A stretch of 63,491 nt of DNA, counting the filler, from Craspedostauros australis (Eukaryota), in assembly GCA_030167865.1 (NCBI GenBank). It is 11 parts of 11 records of this genome, joined end to end, with 100 filler letters (N's around TTAATTAATTAA, not from the genome) between each part and the next. Parts side by side here need not be neighbours in the genome. Positions count along the whole stretch, not along the records: positions 1 to 23,144 come from JALAGF010005564.1; positions 23,245 to 31,656 come from JALAGF010005568.1; 9 more parts are not named here. One strand, written 5' to 3'. The translations under genes were made by a program, and so were the position numbers. Within the stretch, counting starts at the first letter, position 1, and every line of letters begins with the position of its first letter. Below the pieces are notes generated by a model. That model was not told the DNA's origin. It made no database searches and saw only the letters and a program-made list of their open reading frames with translations. Positions 11,915 to 24,907 of this stretch are shown piece after piece.

Positions 11915-13903
11915 TCATCCGCCCAGAGTCTCTCCTTTCCAGAATAGAAGCGGCCTCACTAACGGCCAGTACTTCGCCCATGGAAAGAACTTGGTCATGA
12001 CGTCGGCTACGTTTTCTGTTCCGTCTATCTTGCAGAAATGCAGGATCTTCGCAGCTACTGCGGCACGCACGCAGTGGTACGCCAATGCGTTGTGTCGTTT
12101 GGACAACACACTGTTGGGAATGGTGGAGGATGTGATCACGCTCTGGTCCTGAGGTGGTCTGGATGACGGCGGTGGCCGTGACCAGCGCCAGATCCTTGAT
12201 TTCTGCGTCACCGATTCCAGAAACATCAGCACGGTTGGACGTGGATTCCATCACCAGCATGTCATCACCAACGAGACCGCCGTTCGCACCTCCATCCACC
12301 AATGCGCCTTGCACACTCATGTTCGTGTTGTTGAACTTGTACGATACGTTCGTGTGAGACAGGGTGTAGGTGCGACCGTCAATGACGAGGGAAGCCGGCG
12401 GGCTAACGGACGCACTAGACATGGCATTGGAAAGAAGAAGGTTGATTGCTGTGCCAGTGGTAGAACTAGATTCGTTATTGTTACTACCTTTGTCGTTGGT
12501 CTGGATGTCCTGTTGGTTGTTCTGGTTGGATGTGGAGCCATTACGGTTGGTGTTGTTGGCGGAACGCTGCGAGTTGTCACTCTTGCCGCGTCCTGAGTTG
12601 GCACGTCGAGCTTGGAGGAAGTCTTTGCGCTGCTTGTGTGTCAGCTTCTTGAACTCCTCACGTGGCAGTCGCTCTCGCGTTTCCTTGCTGTAGTCCTTGT
12701 TGGGCTTCCAGAGGTTGGGTCCATCGTCCTCGCCTTTTTGCGTTGCTTCTGCTGTTTGGAGTTGTTGGCCTGGCACTGTGGCTTCAGTTTGTTGGCGTCA
12801 TGGCCGTCAAGTTGCACAGCGTATGGCCGAACGAGCTCAACGAGGGTATCGAACTCCATGGTGGTCGCAGGCTGGCCGGGTTTGTAGGCCAGGATCGCGG
12901 TCTGCAGGTAGTCAGTCTGGAAGATAGACTGATACAGCGCCTTGTCGCTCTCGATGGCGTTCGTCAACCACTCTGTCTTTGTCACGTCGTCGATCGGATC
13001 ATCACGCAATGCCCCAAGTTCGTGTACCTTGTGTTGCCACAGGTCCAGGAACTGCTCATGAGTCTTGCGGCACTGCTTGTCCAGCTTGAACTTGATGATG
13101 TCGTCACGGATGCGTCGGATAGTGTTGACAGCAGTAGCACCGGTGGTGTACTCGCGAACCAGCATGCAGTAGACAGCTTGACCGTCACAGATCGACTCGT
13201 ACAGGGTTGCACACTTCCTACTCTTCGTGGTCTGCAGGTTGGATACAAACATGTTGAAGAGGAAGGTGGACTGCACTTTGAAGAGCTCGGCTTGTTCATC
13301 AGGAGGGACGTAGTCAGCATCAAGGACATTGGTGATGTCATGAGCAGCAGCGGTGGCACGCAGATGACGATGGAATGTAGCAAAGTACTTGTCATCAGAC
13401 AACTTGGGGTAGTTGCTATTGTTACGTTTGATGCTACGCGTGAATTCGGCTGCCAAAGAGTGTCCTGTCTTCTCGAACGACGTGTCCGTGTGTTCATGCT
13501 TGGTGTCGAAGGAAAACGCGCTGCCAGTTCCATCAGGCGGGCCCGCTGATGACATGGGCGATGGTGTGTGTGTCCTGGCAATGTACTCCATGTATGAATC
13601 CTCCGTGAGGTCTAGCCATGTCTCTGCAGTAGGATTAGGTTGAGCACTGAACCAGCCAATGGCGTTGGAGATTGTACGAATTGCTATCTTTGACAGTTGG
13701 ACTACGAGGTTAGGTTCTGGATCCGGTTGACGGACGGTCGCATTCATGTCAAGCATATCCTCACGGTTGAGCGAAGCAAAATCCATGATGGTTCGGATCT
13801 CTTCAGTGTGCAAGATAAGCCATTCAGGGGACAAGTCATCATATCCGAGAACGCCGAGGACATGTGCCAGGATGCTGTTGTTGATTGGGATTGGTTCGGA
13901 CAT
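11915..13903 (-). pseudogene. gag: Internally deleted Ty1/copia: gag and protease joined directly to the RNase H C-terminus
   Basis: Gag (FTRSIKRN..YPKL; homologous to 34208-35412) and protease ALVDGGANGG, then QSVITSSTIP..KRHNALAYH..ADVMTK; no IN or RT. Confidence 0.85.
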
Positions 13904-14639
13904 CGTGTTGTTGGGTGTTGCGAGGATGTGGTTGTTGGTCCAGTTTGTTGCTATTATTACCGGACGAGTATATTCCCGCAGCTCCCAGGAAAGTGGTCAC
14001 ACTTGGAAATGACTGTGCCGTCCGCTGTGATGTCGAAGCGTTCGCCAGGATGTGACGGTGAATTTCTGCGCTTGTCGGAATTCGTCGGGAATGGAAGTGG
14101 TGCCGGATGCAAAGTGCCAGTGATGGCGAAGGCGTCAGCGGTAGCATGTTGTCACGAGTGGACTGTGGTTGGGTTGGTCTTGGATGACTGGTTGATAAAA
14201 CCAAAGCAACGGGACCAAGTGAATTCCCCGATTGACAAAATGCGAAGATGACCGTGCTTAATCCGAGGCGAAGGATGACCGATGGATAAAATGCCAACCA
14301 GGACCGTGTGGATTTCCCGTTTGGACGATGTGTTGGCGCGCGACCCGAAGTCGGATGAATGACTGGAACGGCGAAGGAGTTGTGAGCCGGTGATGGCGCG
14401 CCAGTGATGGTACGAACCGAAGGAATTCGTAGCCAATCAGAAGGTGGACTGAGCGCAAATGGCTGTTGTTGATGGAACGAGTGAATGTTTCGCGCCTTTC
14501 GGGGACACGTTCCCTGAGATGGCCTGTTCTCAACCGGCTTGAGGCCGCTTGTTGTTGAGAGCCAGGCAGGGCAAAGTAAATTTAGTAGATGTGAACTGTA
14601 AGGTAATTGCAATAGGTTGTGAATTACAATCGATTTGGA

Positions 14640-15135
14640 TTATGATGACAGGTTGTCCAACTTGAGGCGTCATAGAAAAGTCAAGCATGCAGAGCCATGG
14701 GATAAGCCGTCCTTTAGCAGAACCAAACAGGACAGCACCTGCTCCTGTGGAGCAGCTGATGCATATCCTTTCTCTGGAGAGGTCTGACCTGAATCTTCCG
14801 ATCCAGAACAAAGAAGAGCCAATTCGGTCTTCTTAAAAGCTACAATCTGATTGGTTGCAGCAACAAATGACAGAAGGAAGCAATGCACTTGCAGATGGAG
14901 TGTTGCTTGCGTCAGAGCAGATGGTGACAGGCGGGATGCGAGATCAGATCGTCATGAGAGCATGGCGAGTGTCTGATTTTGCGCCCCGTCTTGCTTGGTT
15001 ATCTACTGTGTCCTTGTTGCACGCTTTGTGCATGTTAGTGGGTCCTGGGTCGAATAAGCGAAGTATTTCGCTCACACAAGGACGCACTTGCTTGGACTCG
15101 CGGCTCTAACGCGGTGGTGGAGCTAGTGTGTCCCA
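14640..15135 (-). mobile_element. 3' LTR of the copia at 15210-20615 (distal end approximate)
   Basis: TGGGACAC start directly after the PPT GAGAGGGAGAGT. Confidence 0.6.
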
Positions 15136-15209
15136 ACTCTCCCTCTCGGCGTTGTTCATGGTGAAGCACAATATAGAAAAACTGCGACTCCTCAATGGTT
15201 GGCATATCC

Positions 15210-18200
15210 CTACCATCCCATGAGCTTGGATCGAAGACGCTCGAACGCGTCTCGGGCAAGCCCCTTTGTGAAGATGTCCGCGATCTGAACCGGTGTTGGA
15301 ACGTGGAGAATGCGGATGAAGCCTTCCTTGACCCAGTACCAAAAGAAGTGCCACTTCGTCAAGAAGTGTTTGGTTCTTGATGTCACCTTGTGCTGCGTGG
15401 CCAGTGCGATGCATGCCTCATTGTCCTCAAACACGGTGCATTGGATGTCTGTTTTGAGACGCTCCTCCATTTGCGTGGCGGCTGCCACTTCGCGAATCAG
15501 CTGTTGGATCGGAATGAGAGCTCGCATGGCGAGTGATAGAGCTGCGTACTCAGACTCCATGGTTGATAACGCAATTTCTGTTTGCAGCTTGGATTTCCAA
15601 ACGAGCGGGCAACCTCCCAGCACCACGACGTAACCAGTTCGGGACCGCACTGCATTGGGTGACTCGTGCCTCCCTCTTATATAGCCCAGCGAAGTCGGCA
15701 TCCACATAGCATTGGAGGTCGAGCTTCCCAGTTGGCTGTACGATGGTTCCTTGTGTTCTGGTTTGCTTGAGATAGCGAACGATCATCTTCATGGCCTTTG
15801 CGTGGGGTTGTCGTGGATCGTTGCTGAAGCGAGCAACTTGAGACACCGCATAGGCCAGATCTGGTCGAGTGTTGGTAGTCAGATAAAGCAACATGCCAAC
15901 GATGGACTGGTAGTTCCAGCTCTCTTTCATGGGTGGTGAATCAAGACAAGCTCCCAAGGCGAGTTGTGTTGTTGGTACAACATTCGGATTGCAGCTTTCC
16001 ATTCCAGTTGCCGCGATGATCTTGTCGATGAGCCCTGTTTGTCGCAGATGAATGGTTCTGTCCTTTGGATTCCTCGTGAGCTGGATCCCAAGGAAGTCCG
16101 AGAAGGTACCTTCTTGGGTCAGTTCGAACCCTCGTCGTCGCATGGAAGCAATGACCTGGTCGGTTTCTGCTTGTGTGCGGGAGGCGATTCCGGCATCATC
16201 CACATATAGCACTACCATCATGCCTGGACGAGTGAACAAGCATTTCTCGTGATCACACGCCTTGAAACCTTCCGCTGTGAGTGCTTTGATGAGATGCTCA
16301 TACCACAGCCGAGGTGCAATGGTCAGTCCGTAGAGGCTCTTCTCCAGCTTCAAGCATGTGTTCGGTCCTTTGGACGAGCGAAATTCCCGTGGTGGATGAA
16401 GGAAGACTGGCTTGTGGATTCGAGCTTGGACGAAGGCGTTCGTGAAATCGATGGAGGAGGTCACCCAGCCGAGAAGCACAGAGACCATGAGGAATACTCG
16501 GACGGAAGGCCAAGCTACCACGGGTGCGTAGGTGCTGGCATCCTCGGACATGAGGTCACCTCTACAGCACCATCTCCCTTTGTACTTCTTAACGGATCCG
16601 TCTGGTAGGCGCTTGCGGCGGAAGACCCAGGTGCCTGGATAAATACGGTCGGTGGCTTGTTCTTTTGGTATCTCTACCCAGGTTCCCTTGCTGGTGAGAT
16701 CGTTGATCTCCTTCTGTGCAGCTTCCATCCATCTTCCTTTGTTGTCGTCGCGCATAGCTTCGTCAAATGTGAGGGTGTCTGGATCCGATTTGGATGCTTT
16801 GAAGGCACCAAGGTGTTCAGAGATCGTCCAGTGTCCATTCACAGCAAAGAAAGCCATGATGTCGCTGTCCACATATGTGGATGCAGGAAGAGAAAGACGG
16901 TTGGTGTAAGAAGTGTGTGAAGCAGCTACATTAGCATGATGTTGCTCATCCTCGTCGCTATCATTTTGGTAGTTGTTTCCTTTGTGCTCGCCTGTGGATG
17001 CTTTGTCATTTGCATCCTCCTCGTGTTCGTTGTCATGGAACATACCAAGCTCCCACATAATAGCGTGTAGAGCGTCGGCAGCCTCCTCATGAGTACGAAC
17101 AATGGCTTGGATGCTGGCGAGGCGTTGGTCGATTTGTGCCATGGTGAAGCAAGGTGGTGGCGGCCAGTAGTCGCTCGCCATTGCAGCTTCTGCATTCACC
17201 AATCCATCAGGTCCTCTTGGGTATGCCGACAGGAAGTGTAGGTATTCCATCGGTAACTGAAGACGTTCTCCTGCGATCACATTGTCCATTGTGATCACAA
17301 TCAATTCCAGGGCATGGCAAAGAGTGCGTTGCTGGTACTCTTCGGACGGAAATGGAATCTGGAGCGTCTGTGTGAAGAACTCGTATAGAGCATGTTGGAT
17401 GAGTGTGCGGAAGGCCTCAGTTGGCATAGAAGGGCGATCCTTGTTGTCGTTGCTGTCTTCGTTTTCCAAAATCTGAGCGAAGTGTTGTTGTTCGTTGTTT
17501 TCCGCTTGTTCCGTTTCGTGCTCAACTGCCGCTCGAATTTCCAGCTGTTGCACGCGCAGAAATCGCTCCATTTCCAGATCACCAAGGGCCCATGCTCTGT
17601 CTTGAGCACTGATGGTGTGAGTTGGTTCGTTGAGAGCGGGGATGGAAGCGCGCATATCGCGTAGGGTGTGGAGCGAAGAAGCGACGAACCCATTGAAGCG
17701 AGGGGTGCCACGGTCGCGCTGTTGCTCGAACGTCTCGATGCACGTGCCCAAAGCGTCATCCAGCTGGGATGATGGGTCCGTATTGGCTGGGGCATCGTGA
17801 TCGGTGTGTTGGGTTACGACGGCAGGAAAGGCGTGCTCGGTAACGAGTGCACCGTCGTCTTCGTCCGTCCATGCAACACGTCCTCCCAATTCGTCGTAGT
17901 TGAGACGTTGCGGGGCCTTTCGTTCTCTTTTGCCTTGCGCACGAATACGAGCAGATCGTCGAGTAGGAGCGGCGTCTTGCTTGCGTCTTGGCTGGCGAAG
18001 AGATGATGGAGGTGGCTGTGACGGCGAGGATGTATGAGATGGCGAATGTGGCGGCGATGGCAAGGGTGGCGAACGCTTGGATGGCGTTGGTTGCAGATCG
18101 CTTCCTTCTTGTGGCGTGACGAAGCCATCTTCGACGGTATCGTCGTCAGGATGCATGGCCACATCTTCGTTGTTGGACTGGAGCGATGGATCTCGCGTCG

Positions 18201-20615
18201 GTGGCAATGGCGATGATGGCGGAGGGCTGCGAGCGACTGCTGGTGTTGTGGACGGGCGTGGAGGAGCGGACATGTCTCCCTCTGTCGAGGGCATGCCAGG
18301 CTCCTCTCCCTCTGTCGATGGTAACGGCAACGACATCACCGATGGTGTTGGGTTGCTAGCCACTGGTGGTGGCTGTGACCGTGGCAGCGATGTGTAAGTT
18401 GGTCGCCGTGAGCTTCCTTGCTGTTGACTGATTCTTGTGGTTGTGTGCTCCGTGCTGGATGGAGCACGCTGCATTCGGTGTGAGGAGGGAACATGGTCAC
18501 TGCGGACGTCATTTCGACGCAAGTGATCGTGCTCCTGTTGTTCGGCTTCGGCGCTCTCTTGTTGTTCCAACTCGATGAGGTCGTCCTCATCGAACGGATA
18601 TTGGTATGTGGTGTCACCGAACATCCGTGTCCATTGTTCTGTGTTATAGTCCGGTAATTGGTTGGAGCTGGTTGCAATGGTGGCAAACCAGTCATCGAAC
18701 ACCACATGAAACTGCAGTGTAATGGAGCCGGTTCGTGGAGAGAGAACGAGTGGTACCGTTGATGCGTGTCTGGGTGACAGTCCCATGTTGACGTACCGCT
18801 CTCCTCGCGGCTCCCATCGCGGGATTTTTCGTCCGTCGGCCAGCGCCTTGTTAAGAACATACACAGGACAGCCCCAAACATGCAAGTTGTGCAATTGCTT
18901 GAGAGGAATGCGCAAACGAGAGAGGATGTCAAGTGGAGTGAGACCGGTTGTGTGATTTGGTACACGATTGTACATATATGCGGCGTGCACAACCGCCATT
19001 GGCCACAACTGAGCATCGAACATCTCAGGCCAGTGGATGCTCTGATGCATCATCATGATCCTTGCCATGGAGACAATAGTTCGGATGCTTCGTTCTGCGA
19101 TGCCGTTGTGATGGTGAGCTCCCACTCCCGCAAACCGATGGATCTGGTTGAATTGTTCGAGATGCTTGGTGTATTTGGGTGATGTGAAGGTTGTTGCATT
19201 GTCAGACAGATACGATCTGACAGGCACACCGACATCATGGCACACGACTTCGAACCTCTGCTTTGCCTCCAGTGTTGCATGGGTTGTCAATGATGCGACA
19301 GGTTCCACATGAATGTATCCAGACGCATGGTCAACAAACATCGCACCCCCTTTGTACATTTCGGATGCATCAGCTTTTCCTCGTCCAGAGAAGAGACGAC
19401 CGGGTGTTCGCCCAACGAAGTGATCGACAGAAACCTGTTGACCTGGGAAGAGGTGGTCAGTTTTAAGGACGCCTTGACGATCGCGAATGATGTGTTGGGT
19501 TGTACCTGGTGTAGCACGTCTGTGTTGCTTTCCGAATTGGCAGGCTGCACACATAGGTAGGTGCTGTAGTCTTGCAGCAGCGGTGTGGAGCTTGCGGGTG
19601 GATTCGGAGTTAGACAGAGTACCTGAGCGAAGGAGGAACTGTACTCGTCGAAAGGAGAGATGGGCGAGTCGGTAATGCCAGCGTAGGAGCTCCTTTTGTG
19701 GCTCCGAGAGGTTGGTGTTGTGAGTGGCGACTTGTGTGACGACGGATGTTAGCACTGAGGGTAGGTCTTGGATGTCCTGAAGTCTATATGTGATGGATGT
19801 AGGAAGGTTGCTTGACGGCTTGTGGTGCACTAAGATCGATCCCCTTTTAGGGTCACCTTGGATTCCGCTTAGCTTGCAGGAGTCTTCCATGAGCGTGAAG
19901 GTCTCTCCTGGGTAGGTCTTGAGCAAGCTGGTGGTGCTGAGAAGTCGGGTGGAGGATCCGGGTACGTAGAAGGCTGGAAGGCAGAGCGTGCGAGGTTGTC
20001 CTGTCGTGTCCAGGATGGTCCAGTTGACGGTACCCAAGATGTTGACCTTGGTGCGGTTGAGAAAACCGCTCAAGAACGTCGTACGAGCTGGTGCCTTGGT
20101 CTTGCCCACAAAGTCGCATTTGTCGTTGGTGATGCTAATGGAAGCTCCACTATCCCACACGACCTCAAAAGGAGCGTCATTGGCCAGGGATTGCTCTGCT
20201 TTGGTTGGTGAGGCAAAGACGTTGTGAAGTCCGAAGGTGGTTGTGATTAGTTTGTACGCGTAGTTGAGTTTTCCCGGTATGTGAGACGTGGTCTGATTCG
20301 CTCCTGTGGTTGAGGTAGAATTAATTTTCGGTTCAGACCCGTTGACATTTTCGTCGGCGTATTCGTGGGCTGGAGCAATTAAATCCCATGGATGTTCGTG
20401 ACGATTGGGACGCGAAGGTGGGCGATGCTGGCTCGAGTGATATTTGTGTTTGGTGGCGAACTTTGACTCACATCCATCTCGCTGATTAACACAACCGTAC
20501 ACTTGGTTTCGTGTGAATGATTTTGTGTTTCGCTTGCAACGACGGTTGTTCTTGAGGAATCGCTTGAAGTCACCGTTGCCGAACAGTTGATCGTAGAGAC
20601 TGTCTTTTGGCTTAT
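15210..20615 (-). pseudogene. pol: Ty1/copia pol (PR-IN-RT-RH), 5'-truncated, one frameshift near 15670
   Basis: VVWDSGAS, WHYRLAH..CAAC, VSVDH/SDN/AER, LYVDD, YVDADFAG and ADIFTKGL motifs; the RNase H continues in ORF 15210-15707. Confidence 0.95.
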
Positions 20616-21559
20616 TAGCTCAAACTAGTATTCCTATTAGTCGTGTTAAGATTTAGTCGAGTTAATCAAATGACCGACTGCTCAGAGTTTGAGCGGGATT
20701 GAAGCGTGACTCGATGTCGGTGGGATGGGGTCCCACCCTCGAATCGTGCTCTACTTAAGACGATGTCGCGTGTCCGCTGAATTTGGGTTTGGGCGATCTG
20801 GCCATCCCACGCCACTTATGGGCGTGACATGACCTGTCCTGAACGGACAATCGGGTCAAACCGTTGGATGAACCTTGTTCCCCCAAATTGATCGGAAGAG
20901 AGTGAACAACAAACTCTCTTTCCGACCGTCACGAAATTGATGTCTCCTCTCGGAAATGGCAACATCGACACCGCGATGATTGCACGTACGGAGACTCAAC
21001 GCTCNNNNNNNNNNNNNNNNNNNNNNNNNNNNNNNNNNNNNNNNNNNNNNNNNNTGTCGGTGGGATGGGGTCCCACCCTCGAATCGTGCTCTACTTAAGA
21101 CGATGTCGCGTGTCCGCTGAATTTGGGTTTGGGCGATCTGGCCATCCCACGCCACTTATGGGCGTGACATGACCTGTCCTGAACGGACAATCGGGTCAAA
21201 CCGTTGGATGAACCTTGTTCCCCCAAATTGATCGGAAGAGAGTGAACAACAAACTCTCTTTCCGACCGTCACGAAATTGATGTCTCCTCTCGGAAATGGC
21301 AACATCGACACCGCGATGATTGCACGTACGGAGACTCAACGCTCCACTATGTTACTACTAATAGAGATGTTGCAGATCCAACTATAATGGATGCCGCACA
21401 TCACATGCTCACAATCCTTTTGACAGTCTCATTTGGATTCGTTACAGCTCTAAAGACTAAGATACACAATCATCAACAACCTCGTTCACCTACTGCACTA
21501 CCACGGATTGATCACCCTTCGGCGTTCAGTAAGTTCACCTCGTTTTCATTATCGTTTTA

Positions 21560-22664
21560 TCACCTCTGGTACGAGCACCTGCTCAAAGCATTGCACGCCG
21601 AAGGATTCCGTGCATGTGATCAAGAGCAGTGCCTCTTCATGCGAGAAGGCATGATGATCGTTCTCTACGTGGATGATGCCGGCATCGCTTCCAAGACCGA
21701 AGCAGAGGCCGACACATTCATCGAATCCATGCGTGCCCGCGGCTTCGAGCTCAAGAAGGAAGGATCATTCACCGAATTCCTGGGTATCCAACTCATCCAA
21801 GATCCCAAGGCTGGAACAGTGCACATGCGCCAGAGCGGACTCATCCAGAAGATCATCGACACCACCAAGATGCAGAAGTGCAAACCAAATGCAACTCCAA
21901 CCATCCTACAGCCTCTGGGTGCCGACGAACATGAACCACCCATGGATGAGAAATGGAACTACTGTTCCGTTGTTGGCATGCTGCTTTACTTGGCTACTAA
22001 CACACGCCCTGATATCGCATTTGCCGTCTCTCAACTTGCACACTTCAGCAACGATCCTCGACGCACCCATGCCAAGGCAATGAAGACACTGGTCCGATAC
22101 CTAGCTGGCACTCACAACAAGGGAACCATCATCAAGCCTACCGGCAAGCTCCATCTGACCTGCTATGTGGACGCCGACTTTGGTGGCCTCTATCGCAGCG
22201 AAGACCATCGATCCATCAACGCCGCACGCTCCCGCTCTGGATACGTCATCGAACTTGGTGGCTGCCCTCTCGTGTGGAAGTCCAAGCTGCAGACTGAGAT
22301 CGCGCTCTCGACAATGGAAGCTGAATATGCTGCGCTCTCACAAGCCATGCGTGTTCTGATTCCATTGCGAGAACTGATCAGTGAAGTCTCGCATACAATG
22401 AAACTTCCACAAGACCTTGAGGCTGGCATCAAGTGCACGGTGTTTGAAGGCAACAACGCCTGCATCTCCCTTGCTACGAAGCATCAAGTGACCTCCCGCA
22501 CCAAGCACTACCTCATCAAGTTCCACTTCTTCTGGTACTGGGTCAAGAAGGCATTCATCAGCATCTTCTACATCCCCACCAAGGAACAGATTGCGGGCAT
22601 CTTCACCAAGGGTTTGCCTTACGATACCTTCACCAAACTCCGTAAGGCGCTCATGGGTTGGTGA
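21560..22664 (+). pseudogene. pol: Ty1/copia RT C-terminal half and RNase H, 5'-truncated
   Basis: LWYEHL, LYVDD, YVDADFGG and IALSTMEAEY motifs; conserved D residues changed to G (VFEGN, IAGIFTK). Confidence 0.92.
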
Positions 22665-22721
22665 TGGTGCGTTGGGCCATCTGACTCTCTCTCTTTCAAA
22701 CAACACATCGAGAGGGAGAGT

Positions 22722-23144
22722 TAGAGTTCATGGCTCCAAGAGTATGGTATCGGGATACTTTTGTGACTCAAATCACAAACGGGAAACAAACCATTCCCGT
22801 GCCCGTTTCCTGCGAATCTCTTCGTCTCACGGTATCAATCAATATATATGCTGGAGGCGCATCTCAACCAAGACTGCTACCTGTCACCGCCAACTCTTGT
22901 GCAGGAAGGCCAAGAACCTCTTTCTGCATGCATTCACAGATCCTTTGTTATGTCATCATGAGTGAAGCATGCCATGGAATGCAAACATGTGCCTGTGCCA
23001 ACATCTGCTTTCTCACCCAAGATCCATTGTGTCACATGAAGCTCAAACCGAGATCTCCCGACACTTCTGATCTTAAATTGAGGGCTCAGATGTTCACAGA
23101 CGCGTTTGCTGACGATGTGTTGCTCGAAACAACATGTCAAACTG
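22722..23144 (+). mobile_element. 3' LTR (partial) of the preceding copia
   Basis: Follows the PPT at 22710-22721; TATATA near 22843; runs into the scaffold end. Confidence 0.65.
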
Positions 23145-23188
23145 NNNNNNNNNNNNNNNNNNNNNNNNNNNNNNNNNNNNNNNNNNNN

Positions 23189-23200
23189 TTAATTAATTAA
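23189..23200. other. Artificial scaffold-join linker TTAATTAATTAA inside an N run (also 31701, 34152, 36194, 39941, 43531, 53556, 55977, 58038, 59887)
   Basis: Identical 12-mer with stops in all six frames, each centred in a spacer of about 100 bp of Ns. Confidence 0.97.
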
Positions 23201-24907
23201 NNNNNNNNNNNNNNNNNNNNNNNNNNNNNNNNNNNNNNNNNNNNCTGCCGAACCATTCCGCCGAGACTCGAACGACCAGTGCTGGCGCAATTCAGTTGCA
23301 TTTTTCGTGTCTGCTTTTGCACGGGAGGCAAAGTCAGGGGCGGACAACTGCTAGCCGCAACAGCTTTTTGGCCGCCGCGATCACATCGGGTGGTCCGCCG
23401 GACCTTTCTTGCATCTGTTGATCTGTGGGGTGGGCGCGTTGAATGTGACAGTTTTGCTCGAGTGTTGCAATCCTTGCCTTCCACACGGAATACAATCAGT
23501 GAGAGGGATAGGCTGAGGATCGTCGCGAGCTGCTGGCTTGAGAATGGATAGTGGAGCAGAGGCGATTATCACCGTACAATAGTGCAGTAATAAGAATACA
23601 ATAGCTGCAAGCAATTTGTGTGCGATAGCGAATACTGTCATCGTCCCTTCGTTCCATGCCTGATTGTCTGCGTCGTGGTTGATCGGCAGAGAGCAGATGA
23701 GCAATGGTTGCGGTGTGTGTTGTGTGTGTGTGTTGTGTTCACCACTTCGGAAAAATCTCTGTATTTGTGGTCACGTGAAGCAAGTACAACTGTCATGCTT
23801 GCATCACACATGTCACAGCGGCCGCTTGTGAACAACGCAACAGCAACCATGGACACTTATCACTTATCAGAAACGACTTTGATTCGCATGCATACATGAT
23901 CCGACATTGTCGTCGCTGCCTCTGTCGTCGTGGTGTGCTTGTTCTGCTACTCACTTTGTGATCGCATTCATGAATGAGCCATGTTGTATCGATGGCGTCG
24001 AGTCTGTCTATTGGCAACAAACGACATTCATCACTAAATGGTGGACATGCAAAGCGCAGCCATCAGACAAGGCACAAGAACACAAACGCGCACGGCGGAG
24101 GGAAGAACAGGCTGCGCAAATCAACATAAACGCACGCACCACAACAAACAACGAAGATCACAACAACGACGATGCTGAAAAGGTGGTCGACATGTCTCCA
24201 CAAATATCTCAGCTGCACATCAGGCAACACATCAGCTGCCACCATCATGGAATCCTCCACTGAGGAAGCAGCACGCGGAGGTGACCGAGTTCAGGATCTT
24301 CTTCTTGTTAGTTTGGAGGCACGGATCCAAGCTTTGAGTATTGCGGAGGCCGCGAGCAGATACCAAACATCACCATGCTGTCGTTGACGTCTGCGCCGAT
24401 TATCCATCATGGAGTTGATTCGGCAATGTTTACGATGAGTCGCTGCTTGCACGCGCAGACAGTACCAGCGCAGTGTCGGAAGCGAGGCAAGAAGAGCGCA
24501 CCTCGCTTGAATGCCAGGGGCGGCGGTACAACACTATCTGTTATACGCGGAAGTGATCTAGATATCGATGAGCATATGGATACAACCGACTGTCTTTGCG
24601 ATGGCAGAGGCGACGTGGTATGCCATGAAGACGCTCGTGATTCGTGCCTGTTCCTGTTCCAGAAGTGCGCAGATGGAGAATGGAGTGTTGTACAGAGATC
24701 TGACGACGACCATGTCGCACAACGAGTTCACGAGTATGGAGCTGCGAGTATAGTGCGAATATAGTATGGTGCGATTATAATATGAATATGATACGAGAAG
24801 GGAGCGACTACGATGCGAGTAGAGCACACCACCAGAGTATATCGGGAGTACGTTTAGAAGCAGAATGCGATAGTCGAATGGTACATTCCTTGTTTCTGGA
24901 CATTATT

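Noticed and set aside
12725..12750. Programmed -1 frameshift in gag (C AAA AAG)
   Set aside because: Not a canonical slippery heptamer, and the copy is decayed; a 1-bp loss is simpler.
15660..15685. Programmed frameshift in RNase H
   Set aside because: Siblings are continuous here; best explained by a small deletion.
20605..20625. tRNA-like GGCTTATTAGCTCA or a primer-binding site
   Set aside because: No cloverleaf follows, and the opposite strand is copia coding sequence; no PBS could be assigned with confidence anywhere in the window.
20715..21344. Direct repeat of about 290 bp
   Set aside because: Identical copies flank a 50-N gap, typical of unmerged contig overlap; similar cases occur near 40525-40676, 34464-35156 and 58867-59040.
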